A stretch of DNA of 33,570 nt from Chiloscyllium plagiosum. Its lineage: Eukaryota. The notes beneath the pieces were generated by a model. The model was not told the DNA's origin and searched no databases. It was given only the letters and a program-made list of their open reading frames with translations. Location of the stretch: the NCBI RefSeq assembly GCF_004010195.1, contig NC_057759.1, forward strand, positions 4,830,396 through 4,863,965. Reading direction: 5' to 3'. Positions 22,370 through 33,570 of the stretch are shown one piece after another (position 1 is the stretch's first letter; each line of letters begins with the position of its first letter). The position numbers and the translations under genes are program-made.

Positions 22370-22553
22370 CTTGTCTCTGAAGAACAACACAAAGTCCTTG
22401 CTGTTGCAGTGTGTTACGTTTTCACTTGCACATGATTCCTACAGGCACTAACAATTAAAGAACTTCCGCTGCTTCCCATTCACTACAGGAGATGTGAACT
22501 GAGATACAGACTGGCAGACAACAACAAACTCACTCTCACTCAGCCACTGGATG
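22370..22553 (-). pseudogene. Candidate 5'UTR/leader exon, unit C
   Basis: Acceptor ttttattcttttcctttcag|. aatcATG reading MCK*KRNTLQQQGLCVVLQRQ-G, ending at a phase-1 donor aag|gtagga. Confidence 0.35.
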
Positions 22554-22864
22554 CTGAAAGGAAAAGAATAAAATTTGCCCTCTCAATTATCTTCAGAGAT
22601 GAATTGACTCTCAAAACCACTGATCACCGCTGAGGAGGTTAAATTATTAGTGTCCTGTGTAGACCTAAAAATCCCTTTATATCCCTTTATACAATCCCTC
22701 TATACAAGTGTAACACTCAAATACGAAACCACAACCGAACATAAGGGAACATAGAGAAACTTCTTCAAAACTGGTTCCAAACTTATTTAAAGTCAGATGA
22801 CAACAGAATTGATGTCAAATTGACCTTTCCATATAGACACTGACAATTAGTGGATGAAGTTCAC

Positions 22865-24050
22865 ATTTCTTTGAGACGGTGACAAAACAAGTGGATGGAG
22901 GTAAGACAGTTGAAGTGGTGCATATGGACTTCAGTAAGGCGTTTGATAAGTTTCCACGCTGGAGGCTATTACATAAAATAAGGAGTTTTGGCATTTAAGG
23001 TGATTTAGTGGTTTGGATCAGAAATTGACTAGCTGAAAGCAGACAGAGTGGTGGTTGATAGGAAATATTCACCCTGGTGTTCAGTTACCAGTGGTGTCGC
23101 AAGGATCTGTTTTGGGGACACTGCTGTTTTTCAGTTTTATAAATGATCTGCACGTGGGAGTAGAAGGATGGATTAGTAAATTTGCAGGTAGGCAGAGTTG
23201 TGGACAGTGCTGAAGGATGTTGTGAATTACAGAGGGCCATAGGTAAGATGCAGAGCTGGGCTGAGAAGGGGTAATTGGAATTCAATGTGGAAAATTGTGA
23301 GGTACTTCTCTTTGGAAAAAGTAACAGGATTGCAGAGTCCTGGACTAATGGTAAAATTGTTTAGGGAGAGATCTCCGTGTCCAGGTGCATTAATCCCTGA
23401 AAATTGCCCCCCATGTTGATAAGGTTGTTAAAAAGGCACATGGTGTGTTGGCGTTTCTTGATAGAGGGATTGAGTTTCCGAGTCACGAGATCATGCTTCA
23501 GCTGTAGAAGACACTGCTCAGGCCGCGCCTGGAGTATTGCATGTTATTCTGGTCACTGCATTATGGAAAGGATGTGGAAACTTTGGAAAGGGTTCAGAGG
23601 AGATTTACTAGGATGTTGCCTAGTATGGAAGGTAATTCTTACAATGAAAGGCTGAGAGAACTGAGTCTTTTTTCGAAGGAGAGACGAAGGTTGAGAGGTG
23701 ACTTAATAGAGATGTATAGGATAATCAGAGGGTTAGATATGGTGGACATTGAGAATATTTTTCCTCAGAGGGTAATGCGAGGGGACATAGCTTTACATTG
23801 AGGGGTGATAGATTTAGGAGAGATATTAGGGGAAGTTTCTTTACTCAGGGAGGAGTAGGGGCGTGGAATGGCCTGCCTACAACTGTGATAGACTGGCCGA
23901 CGATAAGGGCATTTAAATGGGCTTTGGACATACCTATGTAGCATAATGGAATGGTGTAAGTTTGTTGGGCATCAGACTAATTTCACAGTTCGGTGCAACA
24001 TCGGGAACCGAACGGCCTGTACTGCGCTGTAAAATTTTATGTTCTATGTT
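22865..24050 (+). mobile_element. 5'-truncated CR1 (RT to tail)
   Basis: MDFSKAFDKF, LERVQRRFTRMLP, tail tatgttctatgtt. Confidence 0.92.
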
Positions 24051-24534
24051 ATATTACGAACAATTACTGTAGAACTGATGGATAATAGAATATCCCAGCA
24101 CAGATAGATTGGGCTGAATAGTATGCTTCTGCGATTGACCATATCAATTGGACTGATTTTTTGTGAGAAAGGAGATGACATGAAATTGTGTTGCATATTA
24201 GTATAAAAATGCAAGAATCTTCTGACATGCAGAATAAGCCTATCTTTCACAAACAAATGTCTGTATACAAAATGAAACTCAGTGGTCAGTAATACCACAG
24301 ATCTCAGACAGTCTACACAAACAGGAAATGCATGATTATAATGTAGAATGGTTCTCAAAATAAAGCAGTTAACCTGATCGCCTCTCCCCCTACCCACCAG
24401 CAAAGACTGACAGTCAACTCAGAAATCACAAAATGCGTAAGAGATTAAGAACCAGTCTGAGTACCATCATAACAAAAATCACAGAATGCAACACACAGAC
24501 AGAGAATATTCCTGGCTACCTCTTTGATATACAA

Positions 24535-25185
24535 GAGTAGAAACTGACAAGTACAGACTGATAACTACACACTGACTCATGTTGCAAAAACAGACAAACA
24601 AATGATGACGACCCAGTTACTGAGATGCAAATAATTGTCTGTCCATCGCCATCTGTCTGTTTCTGTTAATTTAAGTTACACATTCTCATTACAGTAACTG
24701 TCTAGGACAGATTAATAACTATACTTTCATTCACAACGCTAAAACTGACAGGAACAGAATGATAACTACACGCCCAGTTTCACAGAGCACAAAGTACAGT
24801 CTGATAACGACACTCTCATATTCACAGAGCAGAATTTCACAGTGCAGATACTGATACCTGCACTGTTCACATTCACCAAACAGTAACTGACAGGTAGAAA
24901 TCGATAAGTAAATTCACATATTGACAAAACAGAGACTGAGAGGCAGAGATTGGTAACTGCACTCACAGATTCACATTGACAAGTACAGATTAATATTGAC
25001 ACTCTCGAATCACAGAGCAGGAACATACTGGTAAATACACTGACACATTATCGTAGGAGAAACTGACAAGTGCATATTTATAACTCTATTTGGGTATTCA
25101 CACAGCCAAAACTGACAGTTGAAGGTTAATAGTTACATCCACATAGAAGAAACTGACAAGTACAAATTGATAACTGCATTGGTTA
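24535..25185 (+). repeat. Degenerate ~45-50 bp minisatellite (agaaactgacaagtacagactgataactacact...attcacagagc)
   Basis: About a dozen diverged units with AACTGACA / ATAACT / TTCACA anchors. Confidence 0.8.
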
Positions 25186-26030
25186 TATAAATGATCAGGA
25201 GTTAGATGTAGATGATATAGTCTCTAAATTTGCAATTGATACTAATCCAGGGAAAAGAGTGAATTGTGAGGAAGATGCTGAGTAATTTCACAGGGAGATT
25301 GACAATTTGGCCAAATGGGCAGAAACTTGGCAGATGAATTCCAATGCAGAGAAATGTGAGGTATTACATTTTGCAATAGTAGCACACGACAACAATGCAG
25401 GTTCCATGATCCAACTTGAAGGGAGTGGTGGATCAGAGGGACGTGGGGCTTCTCATGTATCATTCTGTGAAAGTGACAAGGAAACCGTTTTGATGATGGC
25501 TCAAATATTTCTTATAGTTATAAATAGAGGCATTGAGTATAAAACCAAGGAAGAGATGCTACACCCTCTACAAATCATTAGTCAGACCACATTTTCATTC
25601 AGTTCTAGGCAATTTATTTAAGGAAGGATCTTCAAGCTCTGGAGAGGGTTCATTGGAGATTTACGTGAATGATAGCAGGCATGAAGAATTTTACATAGAA
25701 GGAAAGATTAGTGGCATCAGACTTATTCTTCTTGGAGCAGAGAAGAATATGATCAGGACCTTATAGGAGGTATTCAACACTATGAAGAATTTGGAAGGGG
25801 AAAGAAGAATATTTTATTTCCACGAGTTGGTATGTCAGAAACTAGAGGTCATAATTTCAAGATCGTCAACAAGATTAGGAGGAATTTGTTTACTCAGAGA
25901 GTTGGTAGTATTTGGAATATGCACCTTGGGATCATGGTGAAGGTACATTCCATGTGAGGTATGAAAAGAGAGCTGGATATGGATTGAAAGTTATGAAGTT
26001 TGAGGGCAATGAAGGTCCGGCTGCAGAATG
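25186..26030 (+). mobile_element. Old CR1 fragment
   Basis: SKFAIDT, LAKWAETWQMNSNAEKCEVLHF, LYKSLVRPHF, FTQRVGSIWN. Confidence 0.85.
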
Positions 26031-26307
26031 ATCTTGTCTTGAATTAATTGCAGCTCACCATAATTTTAGAAAAAAATCTAGAGTACATTCAATTCACTGG
26101 CTCATCTGCCTTGTGCCATTGACCAGGAGATCAAATGGACGCTCAAGTTAGGAATGGGCACCACAAAATCTCAAATATCTGCCATTAAAAGTTACATCGT
26201 CCTACAGCGGGATAAATTGATCCACTGAGAGTTGTGGGAGAGACAATTATTCAAATGGTATCCCAAGACAAGTAGATCTTTGAAACTCAAATTTGCTGAG
26301 TGAATTG

Positions 26308-26404
26308 ATTCCTGAAGAAGGGCTTATGCCCGAAACGTCGATTCTCCTGCTCCTCGGATGCTGCCTGGCCTGCTGTGTTTTTCCAGCACCACATTTTTCA
26401 ACTC
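26308..26404 (+). mobile_element. ~97 bp solo Penelope pLTR/hammerhead insertion with TSD
   Basis: CTGAAGA-A-GGGC(TTAT)GCCC-GAAAC-GTC core, flanked by TGAATTG(A) at 26301 and 26405. Confidence 0.85.
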
Positions 26405-26670
26405 TGAATTGAGACAAAGCCTAGCCAATATGTCGGCCACAGAATGTGATGTTGCTATGCCTTCTTTTCCTTGTCCTCCTTGTTTGTCGGAAGGTAGGAT
26501 TGCTACTGAGCACCCTTGAAGGTGCTCTTCTGTGCTGTTTCCCGATGCCCGCGCAAGGTTCACATAAACATTTCCCTCTTTTTCTTGACCTGGTTCCTCA
26601 ACTCCTCCTGTATCTGCGTGCTTCAAACTTATGTATGTGATACAGAATGGTTGCTGCTCCGCTGGTCAGC
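26405..26670 (-). pseudogene. Cytoplasmic exon with tandem tyrosine motifs (ITYISL, NVYVNL), unit D
   Basis: Strong acceptor cttctgtgttgacctgttttcag|. Reads *PAEQQPFCITYISLKHADTGGVEEPGQEKEGNVYVNLAR, with Tyr spacing of 23 aa. Confidence 0.5.
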
Positions 26671-26709
26671 CTGAAAACAGGTCAACACAGAAGCGTAGTA
26701 AATAGGAAC

Positions 26710-27550
26710 AGGGCCAAAATTGGTGGCATAGTGGACAGAGAAAAAAGTTATTTAAAAGTACAATGGAAATTTGATCATGAAGTTTAATTTAGACGAATGT
26801 GTAGAGTTATGCAGGACTTACGTAGTTAATATTACAACTCTGGGAGTGTTGCCGAACAAAGAGACTTCGGGGTGCACATTCATATTTCCTTAAATGTGGC
26901 TTTGCAGCGAGACACGGTGGTGAAGAATGTGTTTGGCATACTTACTTTCATTAGGCAAAGCATTGACGACTGGAGTTGGGGCATCATCGTACAGCTGCAC
27001 AGGATGTTGGCGAGGCCACTTTTAGATTACTGTGTAAGTTCTGGTTAGTCTGCTGCGGAAAGGATGTTGTTAAGCTAGAAAGGGTACAAAAAAGATTTAC
27101 AAAGATGTTACCAAGACTGGAGGGTTGAAGTTATAAGGGAAAGTTGCATAATCTGGGATATTTTCTCCCCTGGAACATTGGAGGCTGAGAAGTAACCTTA
27201 CAGAGGTTTATTAAATCACATGGGGCAGAGATAAAGTCTTTTCCCCAGGGTCGCGGAGCCCAGAGCTCGTGGGCACAGGTTTAAGGTAAGAGAGGAAGGA
27301 ACAAAAAGAGACCTGAGAGACAACATTATCACACAGATGGCAATGTATACATGAAATGAGCTGCAAAGGGAAGTTTTAGAGGCAGGTACAATTACAACAT
27401 TTAAATGATATTTGGAAAGGTATGTGGATAGGAAAGGTTTAAAGAGATATTGGCCAAATGCAGCCGAATGGTTCGAGGTGAGTTTGGGAAACGTGGTCAG
27501 CATGGAAAAGTTGGACCGAAGGGCATGTTTTCGCACTGAATGACTATGCA
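26710..27550 (+). mobile_element. Decayed CR1 3' fragment
   Basis: KIGGIVD, LERVQKRFTKMLP, terminal ttggaccgaagggc...tgactatg. Confidence 0.88.
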
Positions 27551-27689
27551 AATAGATGAGAATAACAAACTTTACTTGTAAGTCAATCAGAGTGTACAGG
27601 AGGAGCTGTTAATATCTGCAGTTACTATACAGACCAATTTCCCTTAGCAAAGCACGGGACTGGAACAAACCAAATACTCACCCTGACAA

Positions 27690-28258
27690 ATGTTATTTCT
27701 CTGTACTCTGAACAGGATGTCGCCATCTCTACCAAGTGCATGCAATTCCGAAAAGCCCTTGACTTGTTCAGCCAGAAGGCAGTGAGGAGTTTGCAAAGGG
27801 TTAGGTAACACATGCTAAGCAGACTGGGTAAGGGCGGCAAATTTCATTCCCTTAAGGACCATCACAGACAGGATCATGGGAAGGCCATTCGGCCCCTCGA
27901 GCCTGTTCAGTCATTCAATAACATCGTGGCTGATGCCCCATTCATCATGCTCACTTTCCTGCAGTTAACCCGTAACCCTCAATTCCCTAACTGATGAAGA
28001 ATCTTCTATCCCAGTCTTAAACCTGTTCCCTGTGGCCACACACAGCTCTGTTGCAATGCGTTCCAACGACACACAACACTCTGAGAGAAGAAACTCCTCC
28101 TCACCTCAGTCTTCAGTTTTGAACGAGATGTTTCTTTGTTCCTGACAACAGACATTATTGTAATCTTAACTTCAGATCTGTTTTTGTTTAAAATCGAATT
28201 CCAAATCCACACCTGCCACGGCAAGATTCAAATTCACGTCTTCAGGGTATACCCTGGG
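27690..28258 (-). mobile_element. SacSINE/Deu-like SINE split by a CR1 3' fragment (27865-28135)
   Basis: Reverse complement gtccttaagggaatgaaatttgccgcccttacccagtctg (Deu-like). The nested piece reads KTEVRRSFFSQSVVCRWNAL. Confidence 0.6.
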
Positions 28259-28394
28259 GAGAGATAAACATAGGATTTTGCTTCCACATTATTTCAGAAA
28301 CGGAAAGTGAATCTCTTCAAAATTGAGATCAGAATAAATTGTCACACACCACTGAGCTAAACACTGATGTCAGTTTTTGGCTTGTTCCAGTCCT

Positions 28395-28902
28395 GTACAG
28401 TCCTGTACAGAACCCATCCGGTGTGGAAAGGGGCCATTCACCCATCTTTTCTGCACCACATCTTTTGAACAGGATCCCACCCAGATCCCGACCAGGACCA
28501 TGTTCCGATCCCCATAACTCTGCATTAACCTTGTCCAATCTTCCTAACTTGCACATCATAGAATCCTTCAGCGTGGAAGCATCCCTTTCGGCCCGTCGAG
28601 TCCACACTGATCCTCTGAGTAGCATCAGACCAGATCCTCTGGCTCTACTCTATTCCTGTACACTGCATTTCCCATGGTTAACCCTCCTCACCCGCACAAC
28701 CCTCACAATATGGACAACTTAGCATGGCCTAATCCACCAAATCTGCACATCTTTGGACTTCAGGAGGAAATTGGAGCAGTGGAGGAAACCCACGCAGAGG
28801 AGAGAGCATGCAAACTCCACAAAGTCATCCGAGGCTGGAATTTTACGTGAGTCCTTGGCGCTGTGAGGGAGCAATGCTAATCAATGAGCCATTGTGGTGC
28901 CC
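28395..28902 (-). mobile_element. HE1/V-SINE-like SINE (28555-28902) plus adjacent 3' fragment of a second copy
   Basis: The reverse complement starts gggcaccacaatggctcattgattagcattgct, followed by the V core and a CR1-like tail. Confidence 0.85.
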
Positions 28903-28926
28903 AATGTTTTTGCCTCTGGCCATGTC

Positions 28927-29152
28927 GGGGTTGGTTAGTTCAGTGATTCTAGAGTTGGCTTACAATGTATAGTGACACTGACAGCATATGGTTCAATTGC
29001 TGCTCTGTTTGAGATTGCTCTGAATGATCATTCCCTGTGCCTTAGATGTGGTGACCCCCCCAGGTTAAACATAAAACAATTGCTGCTTTTTCTCTCTCTT
29101 TCTCCCCCACGCCTCTCTCTCCCTCTCTCTAATGAGACAGTGATGACTTTAC
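28927..29152 (+). mobile_element. Second tRNA-headed SINE family, decayed
   Basis: ggggttggttagttcagt (A-box-like), ggttcaattgc (B-box-like), gtggtgaccc...caggttaaac, ctctctaatgaga. Confidence 0.55.
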
Positions 29153-29279
29153 ATCAACTGCCTGCTAAAAACATAACTTTGCCGATTAAAAATTAACTGC
29201 CCTCTTTTTCACTGGAAAATAACTTATGCACTATCAGAGTGAGCTGTAAATAAAAGACATTTTACCAATGGTACATATC

Positions 29280-30345
29280 TCAATGAACTGGGAGAGGGTG
29301 CACAGAGAGATTTACCAGCATATTGCTTTGGGGGTTGGAGAGTTTCAGTTATGGAGAGAGATCGGATTGACTGCGCTGGCTGTCCTTATAGCAGAGTAGA
29401 TTAAAAGAGAGAAATGTATAAAATGATGAGACATATAGATAGGGTAGACAGGAAGAAACCTTCCCCTCTTGATCGAGGGATCAATAAGTGGGAGAGGAAC
29501 ATAGATTGAAGGTAAAGGCCAAGAGGTTTCCAGGGATGTGAGGAAGTTCTTGTTCACCCAGAGTATGTTGTGCAATCTGGAACTCACTGCCTGTAAGAGT
29601 TGGAGAGGCAGAAACCCTCAGCACATTGAAGGAGGATTTAGATGTGCACTCATGACGACAAGATAATGGGCCAAGTGCTGTGGCAAAGGAATTAGAGAAT
29701 AGTGAGGTGGATTTTTCTGACTAGCACAGACTCGATAGACCAACAGGCCTTTTTCTGGTCTGTAGACCTCTCCAACACTGTGACTAACTCACTTTAGATT
29801 GTGTATTCTATCTATATACTGTCAAAACGGAAAGTGACTTTCATGTTCAGAGATAGGAGGTTTGCCTTCAGAAGAGAGATTGAGAAGTTACTCCGATACC
29901 CTCTGAAGTTCAGAAAAATGAGTGGATACCTAAGTGATGGATTCCAGATACTAGAGGGGATGGTATTGACAGAGGAAATGGAGAGAGGATGTTTCCTCAT
30001 GTAGAACGAAACGGTCATCGTTTCAAGAGAAGGTGATGGGACAGAATGATAACAAAGATGGGGAGGAATGACTTCTTTCTAAGGGAAAAGGGTTGTGAAT
30101 CTGTGTTAATTCACGACAACCCCTCTCCAGCCCGCCCCCGTGTGTGGGCCATGACAGGATACTGAGTAAATTGAGGGGGACGAGGGGGGAAACAGATAGA
30201 TTGTTAATCAGTGAGTAGTTAAAGAGAGGGGAGCCAGAAAGTGGAATTGAGGCAGGGATGAGCTAAGCCACAGCTGTATAGAATGAGTGGTGGGGTGGGA
30301 GTGGTGCGGTTGCAGGCTCCCGAGGTCTCCTAGCCCGTATGTTGT
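29280..30345 (+). mobile_element. Two old CR1 3' fragments
   Basis: LGEGAQR.FT, FLFTQSMLCNL and terminal atagaccaacaggcct. The second fragment begins at ~29850. Confidence 0.7.
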
Positions 30346-30464
30346 ATTGGTCATCCAGCTGTCAGAACACATTTTATTGTGGATAGGTCATAGAACATGC
30401 TCAGAAAGTCCTGAATCTGAGGGGACAAGCATTACAGGCTATTAGTCACTTATTAACCAAGGCC

Positions 30465-31275
30465 ATAAGATACACCAGTTATTCAGTCCATCAAGTCCTC
30501 TCCACCATTTCATCATAGCTGATATGATTTAACCACATTCTTTAGCTTTCTACCTGAAAAACCTGACCCCTTACTGATCAGGAACCTATCGTCTCTGCCT
30601 TAATTACATTTAACGACAGCCCTCTGTGATAATGAGTCCCACAGATTCCCCACCCTTTAGCTGAAGAAGTTCCTCCTCATCTCAGTTCAAAGGATCATCC
30701 TTTCATTCTGAGACTATGCCCTCGATTCCTAGTCTCTCATCCTCGTGAAAACATCTTCTCCATGTGCACTATATCTCAGAATTCTCCAAGTTTCAATCAG
30801 ATTCTCCCTCATTCTTCTGAAATCCATCGACTCTAGATACAGAGTTATCAACCTTTTCTCTTGTGACAAGATCTTCATTCCTGGGATCTTGCTTGCAAAA
30901 CCCCTCTGAACTTCTTCCAGGTTCAGCTCATCCTTCCTTAAACATGCTGCCTAAAACTCACAATGTTCCAAATGTGCTCTTATCAGAGCCTTATGCAGCC
31001 TCAACAGTACATCTCTGCTCTTGTATTGTAACGTTCTCGAAATGAATGCTAACATTACATGTGCCTTCATAACTGCCAACTGAACCTGCCTGTTAACCTG
31101 AACAGACACTTGAACTCAGACACCCAAGTCCCTTTGTGCTTCAGATTTCTGAAACCCTTCCCCATTTAGTCATTATCTCCCACTTCCCCCATTCTCCTAG
31201 CCTGTCCAATTCCTTCTGCAGCCTCCCCTCTTCCTCAACATGTATTGTCCTTCTATATACTTTTGTGTCATTTAA
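30465..31275 (-). mobile_element. Old CR1 3' fragment
   Basis: Reverse complement of TEMRRNFFS.RVGNLW and the LGV region; cataaga tail. Confidence 0.75.
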
Positions 31276-31640
31276 GAAACACTCCGAACAATGAAATGGC
31301 AATGTCCCCCATGTGATTGATACTAGACCAAGAGCGAATGGCTTTTGTCACGACGGCAAAGGCTAGAAGGGGCCACTCTCAGATATTAAGCTGTTGTATT
31401 GGGGTAACAAAAAGGTTGTTGTTTCGGGGTCAAATCTTTAAGCGTTCCCTCAAAACAAGATGAATGATAAAGCAATTAGCCATCAATGTAACATTACCTC
31501 TTCTAACACATATCGCCATGCTGTCAATTTCGTTGACATAATTGGATTATGACAAAGATTTAGATGCATTTCAAACATTATCTGTTGTTAATAAATGTGA
31601 ATGATGTAAAACGTTTTGAAAAACTTGGGCAGATCTTCAC

Positions 31641-31760
31641 TCCATGCTATAAGCAAGGGAAACACCGGCGATGTTTAAAACTGGCTAGTGGGTTGAAATA
31701 AACCAGAAAAAATCCCCACTTCAACTGTGCCAAAAATGCTGCCATCCATTTCTGAGTCAT
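31641..31760 (-). pseudogene. Candidate TM exon, unit D
   Basis: Strong acceptor ctttgcttattgcttctcgatttacag|. Phase-1 reading is DDSEMDGSIFGTVEVGIFSGLFQPTSQF*TSPVFPLLIAW. Weak donor a|gtgaag. Confidence 0.3.
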
Positions 31761-31789
31761 CTGTAAATCGAGAAGCAATAAGCAAAGGA

Positions 31790-32430
31790 GAATATTGTGG
31801 AAAAGAATGAGGTACAGGATATTAGACTAGAAATGATCGAGGTTAGTAAGGAGGAGGTGTTATCAATTTTAGAAAAATCGGAAAGTAGGCATGCCCCTTG
31901 TGCCAATCGGGATTTATCTGATGAGACTCTAATTTATAATAATCTAGCAAGCTACAATTTGTTTGCAGATAGTGAACATTGTTTCATCAGAGCTTTTTGA
32001 GAAGGTAAACAAGCATGTGGATGAGGGTAGAGTAGTTGACGTGGTGTACATGGACTTCAGTAAAACCTTTGAGAAGATTCCACGGGGAAGGCAGTTGTAG
32101 AAAATGCAGAGGCATGGAATTAAAGGTGATTTAGCAGTTTGGTTAGGAACTGGCTTTCTGTAAGAAAGCAGCAAGTGGTGGCTGATAGAAAATATTCAGT
32201 CTAGAGTGCAGGTACTATTGGTGTGCCACAAGGATCTGTTTTGGGACCACTGCTGTTTGTCATTTTTATAAATGACTTGAATGCAGGCAAAGATAGATGG
32301 GTTAGTAAGTTTGCCGATGGTACTAAAGTTGGCGGAGTAGTGGACAATGTGTAAGAATGTTACAGGTTGCATGGGGATTTGGATAAACAGTAGAACTGGG
32401 CTGAGGTGGTAAATACAGATCAATGCAGAT
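31790..32430 (+). mobile_element. CR1 RT fragment with internal deletion
   Basis: [44 protein letters not shown]. Confidence 0.88.
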
Positions 32431-33125
32431 AGAACATAGAACATAGAAGAATACAGCGCAGTACAGGCCCTTTGGCCCTCGATGTTGCGCCGATCCAAAC
32501 CCACCTAACCTATACTAACCCACTATCCTCCATATACCTATCCAATGCCCGCTTAAATGCCCATAAAGAGGGAGAGTCCACCACTGCTACTGGCAGGGCA
32601 TTCCATGAACTTACGACTCGCTGAGTGAAGAACCTACCCCTAACTTCAGTCCAATATCTACCCCCCTTAATTTAAAGCTATGCCCCCTTGTAATACCCGA
32701 CTCCATACGCAGGAAAAGGTTCACACTGTCAACCCTATCTAACCCCCTAATCATCTTGTACACCTCAATCAAGTCACCCCTAAACCTTCTTTTCTCTAAG
32801 GAAAACAGCCCCAAGTGTCTCAGTCTTTCCTCATACGATCTTCCTTCCATACCAGGCAACATCCTGGTAAACCTCCTCTGCACCCGTTCCAGTGCCTCCA
32901 CATCCTTCCTATAGTATGGCAACCAAAACTGCACACAATATTCCAGATGCGGCCGCACCAGAGTCTTATACAACTGCATCATGACCTCAGGACTCCGGAA
33001 CTCAATTCCTCTACCAATAAAAGCCAGTACGCCATATGCCTTCCTCACCGCACTATTTACCTGGGTGGCAACTTTCAGAGATCTGTGTACATGGACACCA
33101 AGATCCCTCTGCTCATCCACACTAC
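32431..33125 (-). mobile_element. Young 5'-truncated CR1/HER1 copy
   Basis: Open 169-aa ORF2 C-terminal segment (EQRDLGVHV...LVRPHLEYCVQFW...RGHSFKL) and a clean (agaacat)n tail. Confidence 0.95.
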
Positions 33126-33456
33126 AGCTTTGCTCCCAGATGTTGCCCAGAGGGAGAGAGTTTCACTCTGAAATTGACAGGGCTACCTTCACGTTGAGAC
33201 GTCCACAATGGGTTGGGGACGCATTGCCCCTGCGCTGCCCTGCAGCTGAGGCACATGGGGAGGGGAGGACACTTTGCAAACTCCTTTCGATCTCCACCAC
33301 GTCAATGTGGTTTGAGTTCAAGCAAAGCACGGGGTTTAATTTTAGCTTTACACTCTCAGAATCCAACACTCTGTGAATCCAACACTTTACTCCCCACTCC
33401 ACTCCATGGAAATACCGATTTGAGAGACTCTAGAGTTGGAGTTGCTACCATACCTG
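33126..33456 (-). pseudogene. Decayed Ig C1-like exon, unit D, truncated by CR1
   Basis: Acceptor ccttacag|. ATPTLESLK (A strand), *ECKAK (B), LTWWR at 33291-33305 (C), GRLNVKVALSISE*NS at ~33157-33204 (E, with eW.s). Contains a 16-bp duplication and frameshifts. Confidence 0.45.
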
Positions 33457-33535
33457 CTGTAAGGCGTTTGGTAGAAGCTGTTTATTTTAATGAACCATTT
33501 CAATTCAACTTCATCCTTGCCATTCAAATACTAAT

Positions 33536-33570
33536 TTTACACAGAGGGTGGTTGATGTGTGGAATGAACC
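33536..33570 (+). mobile_element. Start of CR1 fragment at window edge
   Basis: FTQRVVDVWNE. Confidence 0.7.

Noticed and set aside
24535..25185. CRISPR-like array
   Set aside because: The whole unit is degenerate with no constant repeat and unique spacers, there are no cas genes, and the context is vertebrate.
31330..31448. Extra cytoplasmic exon with QYNSL after acceptor at 31449
   Set aside because: Frame and donor are unclear, and a single YxxL can arise by chance.
32611..33120. 169-aa ORF as a host gene
   Set aside because: It is the CR1 ORF2 C-terminus of a 5'-truncated copy.

Overview
Vertebrate nuclear DNA, almost certainly a cartilaginous fish (shark). This is inferred from HE1/V-SINE-like SINEs, SacSINE/Deu-like SINEs, HER1-type CR1 LINEs and Penelope-like elements. 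Most of the window is retrotransposon debris: many CR1 fragments plus one near-complete decayed copy (esterase ORF1 end, APE, RT, tail), a second CR1-group LINE family, several Penelope-like (GIY-YIG) copies carrying minimal hammerhead ribozymes, tRNA-derived SINEs, mini/microsatellites and two assembly gaps. No intact host CDS was found. The unique DNA between the repeats reads on the minus strand as splice-site-bounded, heavily decayed exons of about four tandem immunoglobulin-superfamily receptor genes (leader / V with a J-like end / C1-like / TM / cytoplasmic). One has an Ig-heavy-chain-like TM motif, one may have a charged TM, and one has tandem ITIM-like tyrosine motifs. That call rests on by-eye motif reading across stops and frameshifts and needs HMM confirmation. 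All family names are from recognition, not from database searches.
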